A stretch of 64,000 nucleotides of DNA from Candidatus Heimdallarchaeota archaeon (GCA_018238545.1 JABCTC010000019.1:1-64000), one strand, 5' to 3'. Positions 50,584 to 60,097 are shown, counted from the first letter of the stretch. Notes: generated from the sequence alone by a model not told the origin. Numbers and translations are program-made.

Positions 50584-50829
50584 ATGTTTATGACCAAATA
50601 TGATATTGCAATAGAAATAGATGCACGCGGCAGTTTCTGTCCAGGACCTATGATGGAGTTAATTAAGGCGATTCGTCAATCTGAAGTTGGCGAATTTCTC
50701 TCACTACTAAGTGAAGATGAAGGAACACGAAATGATGTTCCTGCATGGATAAACAAGGCAAAACATGAACTTGTTGAGATCATATATGAGGACGGTTACG
50801 ATCGTTACATCGTCAAGAAGCTACACTAG
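50584..50829 (+). CDS. tusA: Sulfurtransferase TusA family
   Basis: IDARGSFCPGP...DVPAW. Confidence 0.92.
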   Translation: MFMTKYDIAIEIDARGSFCPGPMMELIKAIRQSEVGEFLSLLSEDEGTRNDVPAWINKAKHELVEIIYEDGYDRYIVKKLH

Positions 50830-50839
50830 AGGAAATATT

Positions 50840-51982
50840 ATGCAACGAATTGTTATAGTTGGTGGGGGTTTTAGTGGCATAAATGTTGCTAACAAAATTT
50901 CCATGAAAACCAAACGAAAAGATGTTAGTATTATTCTCATTGAACCAAGGGAAGACAATGTCTACGAACCATTTTACCTATACTGGAGTTTTAGAAAGGA
51001 TCCTTTGAAAAAATTTCACATTCCAATCAGAAAAGTCTTGAGAAAAAGAGTTCAACACATTCCTGCTTTAGCTACGAAAATTGACACAAAAAATAAATCC
51101 GTAGATTTATCAAACGGTGAAACAATACGTTATGATTACCTAATTATAGCTACTGGAGCTCGTATGGCTGAAGAGAAGGTTGGTGCTTATGAAAAAGACA
51201 ATGTTCATCATTTCTATCTAACAAAAGCAACAACAGAACTTCAAGAAGCTTTGAAAAACTTCAATGGAGGAACAATTGTAATTTCTCCATCTACTGTACC
51301 CTATAAATGCCCTCCTGCACCAATGGAATTCGCGTTTATGGTTGATAGATATCTTCGAAAACGAAAAATTAGAGATAAATCTACAATCAAGTTCCTCTAC
51401 CCTCTTTTGAGACCTTACCCAGAACGTAGAGTTGCAGCAAAAATACAAGAACTCTACGATAAGAGAGGAATAGAATTTGTCGAATTCTTCAATTTTGAAA
51501 GAGTTGATAAGGAAAATAATAAAATTGTATCTCTTGAAGGAGATGAAATAGATTACGATTTACTCGTACTAATTCCCCCTCATGAAGGTCATAAAGTAAT
51601 TATCGAAGCAGGCTTAGGAGATAGAGAAGGTTTTGTTCCAACAGATAGATTCACTCTAAAAGTAAAAGATCAGGATAACATCTATGCTATTGGAGACTGT
51701 ACAAATCTACCTGTTTCAAAATCAGGTGCAGTTTCTCACTTCTCCGCGCCTACAGTTGCAAAAAATCTTCTTCTAGAGATGGAAGGCAAAGAACCTACAG
51801 AGAAATACGATGGTTTTACCATCTGCTTTGTTGTTACATCTCCACGACGTTCTCTATTACTCTTCTTTAGTTACGCATACCCACCAAAGAAGTTTGGTTT
51901 ACACAATCTCTTCATTTATGGTTTAGTGAAAAAAGCATTCAAAATTGCTTACTTCAAAGCTATACTTAGGGGATATCTATAA
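50840..51982 (+). CDS. sqr: Sulfide:quinone oxidoreductase-like FAD oxidoreductase
   Basis: GGGFSG, ATG, YKCPPAP.E, IGD, KSG, YDG..ICF; probable start MQRIV at 50840. Confidence 0.85.
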   Translation: MQRIVIVGGGFSGINVANKISMKTKRKDVSIILIEPREDNVYEPFYLYWSFRKDPLKKFHIPIRKVLRKRVQHIPALATKIDTKNKSVDLSNGETIRYDYLIIATGARMAEEKVGAYEKDNVHHFYLTKATTELQEALKNFNGGTIVISPSTVPYKCPPAPMEFAFMVDRYLRKRKIRDKSTIKFLYPLLRPYPERRVAAKIQELYDKRGIEFVEFFNFERVDKENNKIVSLEGDEIDYDLLVLIPPHEGHKVIIEAGLGDREGFVPTDRFTLKVKDQDNIYAIGDCTNLPVSKSGAVSHFSAPTVAKNLLLEMEGKEPTEKYDGFTICFVVTSPRRSLLLFFSYAYPPKKFGLHNLFIYGLVKKAFKIAYFKAILRGYL

Positions 51983-51992
51983 GGTGAAAATT

Positions 51993-52232
51993 ATGTCAGA
52001 CATAAAAATATCAGCAACACTTGATGCACGAAATATGAGTTGCCCACTTCCTATTCTAAAAACTAAGAAAGCTATTATCGGAATAGAAATTGGTGAATAC
52101 TTGGAAATCCTAGCCACTGATCCAGGATCAGAGAATGATTTTCAAGCATGGACAAGATCTACAGGAAATGAACTAGTAGAACAATCTGTAGATGGTAGCG
52201 TTTATCGCTATGTGATTAAAAGAAATAAGTAA
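51993..52232 (+). CDS. tusA: Sulfurtransferase TusA family (second copy)
   Basis: LDARNMSCPLP, ATDPGS; AGGTGA SD before ATG at 51993. Confidence 0.93.
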   Translation: MSDIKISATLDARNMSCPLPILKTKKAIIGIEIGEYLEILATDPGSENDFQAWTRSTGNELVEQSVDGSVYRYVIKRNK

Positions 52233-52249
52233 ATAAATGAGGAATTAAA

Positions 52250-52723
52250 ATGGCAGAAAAAAAGAAAAGATTAATGCTCATTGCGTCTAAAGGAGACATA
52301 CCAGGTGCTTACACACCTTTGATATTAGGATCTACAGCAGCAGCAATGGATTATGAAGTAAGTATTTTCTTCACATTCTTCGGATTAAATATGCTGAAGA
52401 AGAAGAATTTGAAAAAAATAAAGATCACTCCAGCAGGAGAAACTGCAATGCCCATGCCCATTCCACAAATTATTGGTATGTTACCAGGAATGACAGGAAT
52501 GGCTACAATGATGATGAAAAGCTGGATGAAAAAGGCAAATGTCGCAACTTTACAGGAACTAATGGATCTTTCAATAGAAGCTGGTGTTAACCTAATAGCT
52601 TGTCAGATGACAATGGATGTTATGGGCTTCAAGAGAGAAGATCTTATCGATGAGTGTACTGTCGGCGGAGCTGCAACAATGTTAGAATTTGCTTCTGAAG
52701 CAGATATAACACTCTATATCTAG
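52250..52723 (+). CDS. dsrE: DsrE/DsrF/DrsH-like (DsrE2-type) sulfur carrier
   Basis: IFFTFFGL, ACQMTMDVMG, GGAA. Confidence 0.92.
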   Translation: MAEKKKRLMLIASKGDIPGAYTPLILGSTAAAMDYEVSIFFTFFGLNMLKKKNLKKIKITPAGETAMPMPIPQIIGMLPGMTGMATMMMKSWMKKANVATLQELMDLSIEAGVNLIACQMTMDVMGFKREDLIDECTVGGAATMLEFASEADITLYI

Positions 52724-53101
52724 GTGGAACAATTGGTACAAAAAATTCTTATCATGGTTACGTTTGGTGAGCAGTATCCTGACAGATTGGAACCACCTTT
52801 ACACTTAGCTAGTTTAGGTGCTGCTCTTGACACTGAAGTCACTATGGTTTATACTATGTCCGGTGGATTGCTTTTGAAAAAAGGCAATGCCGAACGTATT
52901 GTTCCAATGGCTGGTAAGAAAACATATTTGGAATCAGTTCAGGAAGTAAAAGAATTTGGAGTAAAAATCTTCGTTTGCAGTCCAACACTTGAAAGATACG
53001 GGTTAACAAAAGAAGACTTTATAGATGAAGTTGATGACGTGGTTGGTGGAATGTATTTCATTACTGAAGCACTAGAAGCCGATGTAACATTTACTTTCTG
53101 A
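52724..53101 (+). CDS. dsrE: DsrE family protein
   Basis: GVKIFVCSPTL, ADVTFTF. Confidence 0.85.
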   Translation: MEQLVQKILIMVTFGEQYPDRLEPPLHLASLGAALDTEVTMVYTMSGGLLLKKGNAERIVPMAGKKTYLESVQEVKEFGVKIFVCSPTLERYGLTKEDFIDEVDDVVGGMYFITEALEADVTFTF

Positions 53102-53102
53102 G

Positions 53103-53519
53103 ATGAATAAAATGTCTTTCTCCCTATCTTCTTTTGACTCAGACGACATAACCTGTTTTGATATAATCAAAGCTTTTCATGCACTAACTGATAATGAGCT
53201 TGAGGTGCTCTCATGTGTTCACCAAAGTCAACCAGTGGACATTAAAGGAATAACAGATGTGATTCCAAAAGATAGAGCAACTATCTCGAGATCAATAAAA
53301 AAATTACTTGCGATTGGTTTTGTAAGGAGTGATAAAATAACCCTTGAACGAGGGGGTTACAAATTCATGTATTCCAGTTTATCTATGATAGAAATCAGAG
53401 AAAAACTCAAACAAAGCATAGAACAAATTAGTAAACGAATGATAGAAGCTGTTTCAAACTTAACAGAAGCGAAATGTACAGCAATGTACAAAAATGTACT
53501 TCTAAAATACAATACTTAG
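53103..53519 (+). CDS. TrmB/MarR-like wHTH transcriptional regulator
   Basis: DRATISRSIKKLL..G, RGGYKFMY. Confidence 0.88.
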   Translation: MNKMSFSLSSFDSDDITCFDIIKAFHALTDNELEVLSCVHQSQPVDIKGITDVIPKDRATISRSIKKLLAIGFVRSDKITLERGGYKFMYSSLSMIEIREKLKQSIEQISKRMIEAVSNLTEAKCTAMYKNVLLKYNT

Positions 53520-53743
53520 AAAGGACCTAGATATTCTTCTGCTTCAGGTATGTTTTCGAACCCGTCAACAGAATCTGAGTAGAAAACCTATCCTTTAACT
53601 AAAAAAACGCAATCCATACACTATTGAGGTTTGACTTAAGCGTATGTTTCAGCCTGGTATATGCCTAATCATAGATCTTAGATACTACTCAGTTAAATAT
53701 TTTTCAGCACTTATTTTGTATGTTTAATGAAATACAAAAATGA

Positions 53744-54643
53744 TTAATCAAAATAAGATAGTGATTCTACCAAACGTGCATGGAACTTGTTCCTACGTGA
53801 GAAAGGCATGTCAAGTTGGTAGCGTTTAGTAAAACCCTTTTGTAATTCCTTATGATCGTTATAATTCATTCCTATTACCCACTTTGCATGTTCTTCTAGA
53901 ATTCTTTCATATTTCTCTTCGATAATCAACTCTATGTAATCATCAAGATAGTCCTTTTCTTCCTTGGCTATTTTCTCAACCCTTGGTTTTCTATTTTTGA
54001 TTTTTATTTTGTTATCTATTTTCTCATTTTTGTCAAAAAGATAGAGGATATTATGTATTAAATGTTGGTTGCAGCTTTGGTCTGAATATGTTAACAAAGA
54101 AAAGTCATATGATGCTTCAAATGGTATTGATTTATCTAATAGACTTGCTAATTCTATTAATTCTCTCTGTTCTAGATTAGGTTGTAGTATGACTTTTGGA
54201 TCAATCATAGCTGCAACTATTAACTCTCGAATATCCTTCAAGTCCAATACTTCAAGAATATTATTTGTTGATTTTCTGAAATAACTACTATCAAGAAATT
54301 GCGGCTCGTCAAATGTCTCGTCAAAATGATTTGTATCGACTAAAGGTGACGAATAAAATAATAGGGAATTGAGATTATATTCTTCTGAAGGGATAACAAA
54401 TGCATGGGAGTGAGCCTTTGGTCTTCCGAATGGATCATTACCATCACTTCTTACTAGTTTAATAATAATGTCTCCTGTCTTATGAGTATATTTAGAAACA
54501 TATTTCACGTGAGGTAGGTGTTTTGTGGATAACTCGGGCATAAAAACTATTGAATCTTCGGTAAGCTTACTCGGTATATCTGACATGTAAATATGATAAC
54601 CGATTTTATCATCCCGTTGAGTTATTACCTGAAACATCTGCAT
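53744..54643 (-). CDS. DENN-like / GAP1-N-like protein
   Basis: DPFGRP..HSHAFVI in the N-terminal domain; then IRELIVAAMIDPKVIL...LASLL..SIPF....SLLTY (cDENN-like). Confidence 0.55.
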   Translation of the reverse strand: MQMFQVITQRDDKIGYHIYMSDIPSKLTEDSIVFMPELSTKHLPHVKYVSKYTHKTGDIIIKLVRSDGNDPFGRPKAHSHAFVIPSEEYNLNSLLFYSSPLVDTNHFDETFDEPQFLDSSYFRKSTNNILEVLDLKDIRELIVAAMIDPKVILQPNLEQRELIELASLLDKSIPFEASYDFSLLTYSDQSCNQHLIHNILYLFDKNEKIDNKIKIKNRKPRVEKIAKEEKDYLDDYIELIIEEKYERILEEHAKWVIGMNYNDHKELQKGFTKRYQLDMPFSRRNKFHARLVESLSYFD

Positions 54644-54743
54644 TACTAAATACGGTTTTGAAATTTAAAAGTCCTTTCTTAGTTTAAAATCCATATGGGA
54701 GAATACGCAATATTCATAAGTGACGTTCAGCGATTTATAATAG

Positions 54744-55778
54744 ATGGCAGACGATATTCATCTTATTGATATTATTCAGAGAACTAAAGAATTAATCAGC
54801 GAAGATAGTCTTGAGGATGCAATCAGCTTTCTTGAAAGACAGTTGTCTGAGTTCGAAAACACACCAAGATTTCTGAATTATCTAGGTCAGCTTCATCTTC
54901 AAAATAGCGATCCTAATTCAGCATTGAATTATCTTAATCATTCTTTGGAAATCCAAAACGAAAATGCAGAAACTCTTGACAACATTGGTGATACTTTTTT
55001 TTATCTTAAGAACTGGGAACAAGCAATAATTTCATGGAAAAAAGCTTGTGAGTTGGATGAAAAGAGGTTTGAAATCTGGGAAAAAGTTGGAAACTTATAT
55101 TATGACATCGGTGAGTATCCTCAAGCAATTCAAGCATTTTTAAAATATCTAGAATACGATGAAAAGCTAGAGATATTTAGCATAGTTGCAACAATTTATA
55201 GCAAAATGGGAAATGACATTGAAAGCTGGAATAATTTAATGAAAGCTGAACAAATTGATCCAGACAACGAGCAAATACTTCAACAAATCGGTCAAACTTA
55301 CTTAGAACTAGATAATTTTGACAGAGCTATCAATTATTTTATGAAAGTTACTAAGGTCAATGCAGAAAATCTTTCTGGATGGTTTCAATTAGGATTAGCT
55401 TATGAATTGAATCAAGAACATATACAAGCTTTAGAAGCTTTTTCAAAAGTGGTTGAAATAGACCCAGATAATGTTCTAGGTTATCATCATTTAGCTAGTG
55501 TATATGCATCAATAGCGAATATTGAGGAAGCTATGAAGAACTATGAGGAGTGTCTAACTATTGACCCTTCATTCATTGAAGCTTCCATTTCTTTAGCATC
55601 TCTTCATTGGGCATCAAAAGAATACAAAATAGCTTTGGCTCTGTTAGAAGATGCAAAACGCTTCAATAGTCAAGATAGCAGAATTTATCAGCTAATGGGA
55701 GATATTCAAGAAGATTCAGGTGATCTAGACAAAGCCGAGGAAAATTGGAAAAAAGCCTCTGAACTAGAAGAGGGATAA
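54744..55778 (+). CDS. Tetratricopeptide repeat protein
   Basis: About 9 tandem 34-aa TPR units. Confidence 0.93.
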   Translation: MADDIHLIDIIQRTKELISEDSLEDAISFLERQLSEFENTPRFLNYLGQLHLQNSDPNSALNYLNHSLEIQNENAETLDNIGDTFFYLKNWEQAIISWKKACELDEKRFEIWEKVGNLYYDIGEYPQAIQAFLKYLEYDEKLEIFSIVATIYSKMGNDIESWNNLMKAEQIDPDNEQILQQIGQTYLELDNFDRAINYFMKVTKVNAENLSGWFQLGLAYELNQEHIQALEAFSKVVEIDPDNVLGYHHLASVYASIANIEEAMKNYEECLTIDPSFIEASISLASLHWASKEYKIALALLEDAKRFNSQDSRIYQLMGDIQEDSGDLDKAEENWKKASELEEG

Positions 55779-55816
55779 TCATTCTCACTGAATCTGTAAT
55801 TAATTTCACTTATGGT

Positions 55817-56179
55817 TTGAAAGGAACTTATCTACTTTTCATAAAACTCAGTAAATTAGTTGAAATTAGAATAAGGGGAAAAACATATCTCCTAAATGAA
55901 GGCTATTACATCTATATTGGTAGTGCTTTTGGTGCGGGTGGGTTGTCTTCTAGATTACATCGACACCTTAGAAAAATAAAGAAAAAGCATTGGCATATTG
56001 ATCAAATTACAGTAAGTAAATATTCAGAAATAATTGGAATAGGAGTGTTACCCAAACAGAGAGTAGAGTGTGAATTGTCTAAAACAATCGGAAATATAGA
56101 AAAAACAGTTCCTATAACAGGATTTGGTAATAGTGATTGTAAAAAGAAATGTATAAGCCACTTCTTCAGAGTCAGTTAA
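55817..56179 (+). CDS. GIY-YIG (DUF123/Uri-like) nuclease family protein
   Basis: KGTY, YIYIGSA, RL.RH, HWHID, EC, FGNSDC...SH. Confidence 0.9.
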   Translation: MKGTYLLFIKLSKLVEIRIRGKTYLLNEGYYIYIGSAFGAGGLSSRLHRHLRKIKKKHWHIDQITVSKYSEIIGIGVLPKQRVECELSKTIGNIEKTVPITGFGNSDCKKKCISHFFRVS

Positions 56180-57324
56180 AACAGCAAATGCCTGTTGCCT
56201 ATATTCACATTTTTAAGATATTTCGATGCGACTTTGTAGCATTTTTCAGCTAAATCTAAAGTAGTAAGAGGAAGGTCAGAAAACATAAATTGCGGATAGA
56301 AACCAAGTAATGAGTAAGGAATATTTTCATTAATTGAGGAAATGAAAGAAGCAATGTTTTCTACCTCTACTTCATCTACATAACCGGGAACTAGAAGAGT
56401 TGTTGCATTCAAAATTGGCAAATCTGGTCTTAAATCAAAGAATGCCCTACCTACATATTCAAAATTTTCCAATACGACTTCATTTTTCACTCCTGTTAAA
56501 GCTTGATGAATATTTGAATCCCATGCTTTTAAATCAAATTTAATGTTTCCACCAGACCTTAAGGAGAGCTCAGCAGCTTTTTTGACATAATGTTTATTCC
56601 CAAAACCATTCCATTCCCAACAGATTCTAGCTATTCTATTTTCAGTTTTTGCAATACTAAGTATTTGCTCAGAAACGTTTATCGCAAAGGGAAGCTGAGG
56701 TTCTGGGGATCCACCAAAGAAACAAATACAATTAATTTTGGGATTATTTTGAAATTTCTGAATTAGGTGGGATGCTGATACTTTAGTACCATCACTAATT
56801 TTCTTGTGATTATGATTCTGGCAAAAAAGACAATCGAAAGAACATCCATAGAAGAATATAGATAGATTGTAAAATCCTAGTTCTTTATCTTGGCTAGAAG
56901 CATATTCAGGATATCCGGCCCCAGTTCCAGCAGGACAAAACCAAGATGCACAACAATTGCAAGGAAGTGGATCAAGATAATAGTGAAGCAACCCCATTTC
57001 TTTCGTAGAGTATGTAGAAATCTTATCAGTATTATTTCTAAATCTTAAACCACAATAACTTGTTTCATTCTTATCTAATCCGCAATTATGATTACATAAA
57101 GAACAGCTTATTCTATCATTGTCAGGAGCAGTTATAGGAAGAGCATAGGGGGATCTAGCTTTTTTATGAGCGCGTGTTATTAGTTCTACAACTTTCGTAG
57201 ATCCTTTCCTCAAACAATCTTTACAAACAGATAAAATACTAGCCACTAATTTCTCTTCACCACAGATGAAACAATGCTTCACAGATTCTTCTTGAGATGG
57301 AATGAAGATCATTATTAATAACAT
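56176..57324 (-). CDS. Radical SAM protein (PflA/AmmeMemoRadiSam-like) with N-terminal Cys clusters
   Basis: CSFDCLFC, GGSPEPQ, FDLKAW, TLLVPG; N-terminal CxxC pairs. Confidence 0.9.
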   Translation of the reverse strand: MLLIMIFIPSQEESVKHCFICGEEKLVASILSVCKDCLRKGSTKVVELITRAHKKARSPYALPITAPDNDRISCSLCNHNCGLDKNETSYCGLRFRNNTDKISTYSTKEMGLLHYYLDPLPCNCCASWFCPAGTGAGYPEYASSQDKELGFYNLSIFFYGCSFDCLFCQNHNHKKISDGTKVSASHLIQKFQNNPKINCICFFGGSPEPQLPFAINVSEQILSIAKTENRIARICWEWNGFGNKHYVKKAAELSLRSGGNIKFDLKAWDSNIHQALTGVKNEVVLENFEYVGRAFFDLRPDLPILNATTLLVPGYVDEVEVENIASFISSINENIPYSLLGFYPQFMFSDLPLTTLDLAEKCYKVASKYLKNVNIGNRHLLF

Positions 57325-57404
57325 AAGTCTTCTATCTTGTTAATGTTGCGCTTTACTTTTTTCTAATTTTTTGTTCTTCCTTTGAAATAAAGTTTATTTA
57401 CTAA

Positions 57405-57833
57405 TTGATATATTCCAAGAATATGGACGAACCATGGCAAACTATAGCTGTAGTAGGCATAAACTTCGCTCTTTTCTACATATCATCCGCAATAATGTGT
57501 GGGATTATGTTTAGAAGAGACTCTCGAAGATGGACCTGGTTGAATATAATCCTATCAGCAGTAATATCCACAGCGTGGGTATTTGGATGGGCATATATTG
57601 ACGGATTGGGTTCTGCCCTCAAGATTCTATTTGGAGTCATAATATTCTTTCTATGTTGGGTAATATGGATTACCTTAGGAGGAGTTGGTGATAAGAGTGC
57701 AGGATTTACAACATTAGGAACGCTTCTACTATGGTTTCTATTAAGTTGGGTATTCTTAATAATCATGGGACTAGTTGGTGTTATCGACTTTTCATCAACT
57801 GACTTTCCAACACTATTTACCTGGTTTATATAG
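57405..57833 (+). CDS. 4-TM membrane protein of unknown function
   Basis: Four Trp-rich hydrophobic helices. Confidence 0.65.
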   Translation: MIYSKNMDEPWQTIAVVGINFALFYISSAIMCGIMFRRDSRRWTWLNIILSAVISTAWVFGWAYIDGLGSALKILFGVIIFFLCWVIWITLGGVGDKSAGFTTLGTLLLWFLLSWVFLIIMGLVGVIDFSSTDFPTLFTWFI

Positions 57834-57842
57834 AAGATAGAT

Positions 57843-59195
57843 CTATACAAATGTCTTAACAAAATCATAGAAATTTAGGTTGTAATTTAACCTAAACTTT
57901 CTGCCTTTTTTTTCAATATAATTTCTTAGAACAGAGGGGCATTTTTTCTGTAATTTAAGAATAAAATATACTACATTTTCAAAATAGATAAAATTAACTA
58001 AACACTCTGAAGAAATTTCGTTAAGAATGGGTCCTTTCTTTTCTCTGAATTCCCAATCGATACAAAAACCCCCGCAATAATATTTGATTGCACACTTAGA
58101 ACATTTATCAGAATTTACAGAAGATAATGTTTCTTCTTCCCAACTACCCTTTTTCGTAAGTGCGTAATCTTTCTGAAACTCACGCACACCAATTAACCCA
58201 GAACAAGGAAATTGTTTCAAATCATTGTCTAATGCTATTGCAGTTCTACCCGCCGGACACCGTATAACCTTCTTCTCTCTTGTCAATATTGAATCAACAA
58301 ATTTTGCAAAATAATCAGATGGACCAAGTGATATCAAAAAGTTAGTTATTTGTTTTTCATCTAACGATAGCAAAATTTTGACGAAATTCTCTATCTCTAA
58401 TTTGAACTCATTTAGATTTTGCTCAGTCCAAGGAAAAGTAGAATTTTGAGCTATTCTTACAGGTCTCATTGAAACTTTATGAAAACTACTCAGATAGTTT
58501 TGATAGATACTAAAGATGTTTTTAGTTTTTGAATGAATGGGAATAATCAAATGCTTAACTACACCTTCATCAAATAACTTGATGTTCTTATCTATAGCAT
58601 TGATCTGTTGTTGATTCGTTAAATCTACTGAGACAGTAATGTAACCATAATTATTTACATACTCTACAAACTGTTCTGTTGGTTTTAGGAGATTAGTAGG
58701 AGGGAGTAATAGAGAAATCTGAAATCCATAGTTATCCCTCATCTGATTTATTTTTCTACTAATATCTAGAAACACTTGGAAATTAAGAGATATTTCTCCT
58801 GTAAAGTAAAGTGAAAAAGCTATGGGGGTTTTTGAATCGTTTTTCTTTTTGTTTTCCAGAAACCTTTCAATATGTGTGAATATCTTTTCAGAAGTTAGAT
58901 GTTTACCTTCATTATTCTCCTTTCTATCTACATAACAATACCAGCATGAAAGATTGCATTCGTTTGAAGGATTAAAAACAATATAATTGAGCTCATGATC
59001 CGTCTTAGCTATGTTTTCATTAGAAAATTTGTCATCATTTGAGAAGAAACCATAATTTTTTAGAGATTCTACCTGTTTTCCAATATTCTTAACAGTTCCA
59101 GAATTAATTTCCCAAATCATCTGAGTGTGTATATCAGTTAATACTATAGTATTGTTGGCTTCAAAAACATAGCATGAAGAATCAATGTGTATCAT
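57843..59195 (-). CDS. Radical SAM/SPASM-domain protein with putative N-terminal RRE
   Basis: CNLSCWYC; SPASM CPAG...FPC...CSKC...CGGFC...C; N-terminal beta-rich segment; probable start MIHID at 59195. Confidence 0.88.
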   Translation of the reverse strand: MIHIDSSCYVFEANNTIVLTDIHTQMIWEINSGTVKNIGKQVESLKNYGFFSNDDKFSNENIAKTDHELNYIVFNPSNECNLSCWYCYVDRKENNEGKHLTSEKIFTHIERFLENKKKNDSKTPIAFSLYFTGEISLNFQVFLDISRKINQMRDNYGFQISLLLPPTNLLKPTEQFVEYVNNYGYITVSVDLTNQQQINAIDKNIKLFDEGVVKHLIIPIHSKTKNIFSIYQNYLSSFHKVSMRPVRIAQNSTFPWTEQNLNEFKLEIENFVKILLSLDEKQITNFLISLGPSDYFAKFVDSILTREKKVIRCPAGRTAIALDNDLKQFPCSGLIGVREFQKDYALTKKGSWEEETLSSVNSDKCSKCAIKYYCGGFCIDWEFREKKGPILNEISSECLVNFIYFENVVYFILKLQKKCPSVLRNYIEKKGRKFRLNYNLNFYDFVKTFV

Positions 59196-59200
59196 CCTTA

Positions 59201-59443
59201 TCAACAAACAGATTCAGTTTCCATTCTTCCTTCTTCATCTTGAAGGAATACAGCTACTTTACCTAATGCAACTTCTTTTGAGATAAATTTTCCGATGATT
59301 TTATTTTCCTTTGTATTTTTAACTACCCACCAATTATTCTCGAAATATATCTCATAATCACCGCATTTTTCTGTATCGCTCATACTATTCAAATATGATG
59401 AGAATGAAGTGTTTAAATTATTTTTCCTTACACTCATTTTCAA
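59201..59443 (-). CDS. Small protein upstream of the rSAM/SPASM gene (DUF2188-like or candidate substrate)
   Basis: WWVVKN...F.SKE.A pattern; ends 5 nt before the rSAM start. Confidence 0.6.
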   Translation of the reverse strand: MKMSVRKNNLNTSFSSYLNSMSDTEKCGDYEIYFENNWWVVKNTKENKIIGKFISKEVALGKVAVFLQDEEGRMETESVC

Positions 59444-59502
59444 AGTATTGCTAGTAGAATAAAAACTCTTTAAAACTTTGAAAGGATAAAGAAATCATAA
59501 TT

Positions 59503-60018
59503 ATGACACAAAAAAGCTTCAAAGTATCATTATGTGGAGATCCAGGAGTAGGAAAAACATCTATAGCTCTTCGTCAAGCACAAAATTCCTTTCCGATTAC
59601 CCATCAACCTACTTTGGGAGCTAATTTTCTTATATGGAACACGATTATCAATGGTGAAGAAATCAAACTTATTATTGGTGATTCTGGTTCTCAAGAACGT
59701 TTCTACTCAGTTCTCCCAACATATTTTCGAGGATCAGTAGCCGCAGTTTTGATTTTTGATATTACAAAAAAAGAGAGTTTTCAGAAACTTACCTTTTGGC
59801 TAGAAAAACTCGAGAAAGGTGTCGGCAAAATTCCTGTCATAATAGCAGGTAATAAAATTGACTTGGAAGAAAAACGAGAAGTCACTAAAGAGGAAGGAGA
59901 AGAATTCGCAAAAAAACTTGATACTATATACTTTGAAGTATCAGCAAAAGAAAATGCAAATTTATTCCCAATGTTCAAAAAGGTAGCAGAACTAGCATTA
60001 GAACATGACAAAGACTAA
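59503..60018 (+). CDS. Rab-like small GTPase
   Basis: G1 GDPGVGKT, G2 PTLG, G3 DSGSQE, YFRGS, G4 NKID, G5 SAK; no C-terminal prenylation Cys. Confidence 0.93.
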   Translation: MTQKSFKVSLCGDPGVGKTSIALRQAQNSFPITHQPTLGANFLIWNTIINGEEIKLIIGDSGSQERFYSVLPTYFRGSVAAVLIFDITKKESFQKLTFWLEKLEKGVGKIPVIIAGNKIDLEEKREVTKEEGEEFAKKLDTIYFEVSAKENANLFPMFKKVAELALEHDKD

Positions 60019-60097
60019 TCTGAGAATATAATAATTAAAAAAAGATAATATGGTTTATCATTTAAGTTGCTAATTTACCACATCAGGAGATCACTTA

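Noticed and set aside
55817-56179. GIY-YIG nuclease as a homing endonuclease or mobile element
   Set aside because: Matches the widespread stand-alone archaeal DUF123 type; no intron or intein context.
59198-59206. C-terminal Cys-Sec (TGT TGA TAA) on the 80-aa ORF
   Set aside because: TGA-TAA tandem stops also end ordinary genes here (1844, 25034). No SECIS or Sec machinery was recognised.
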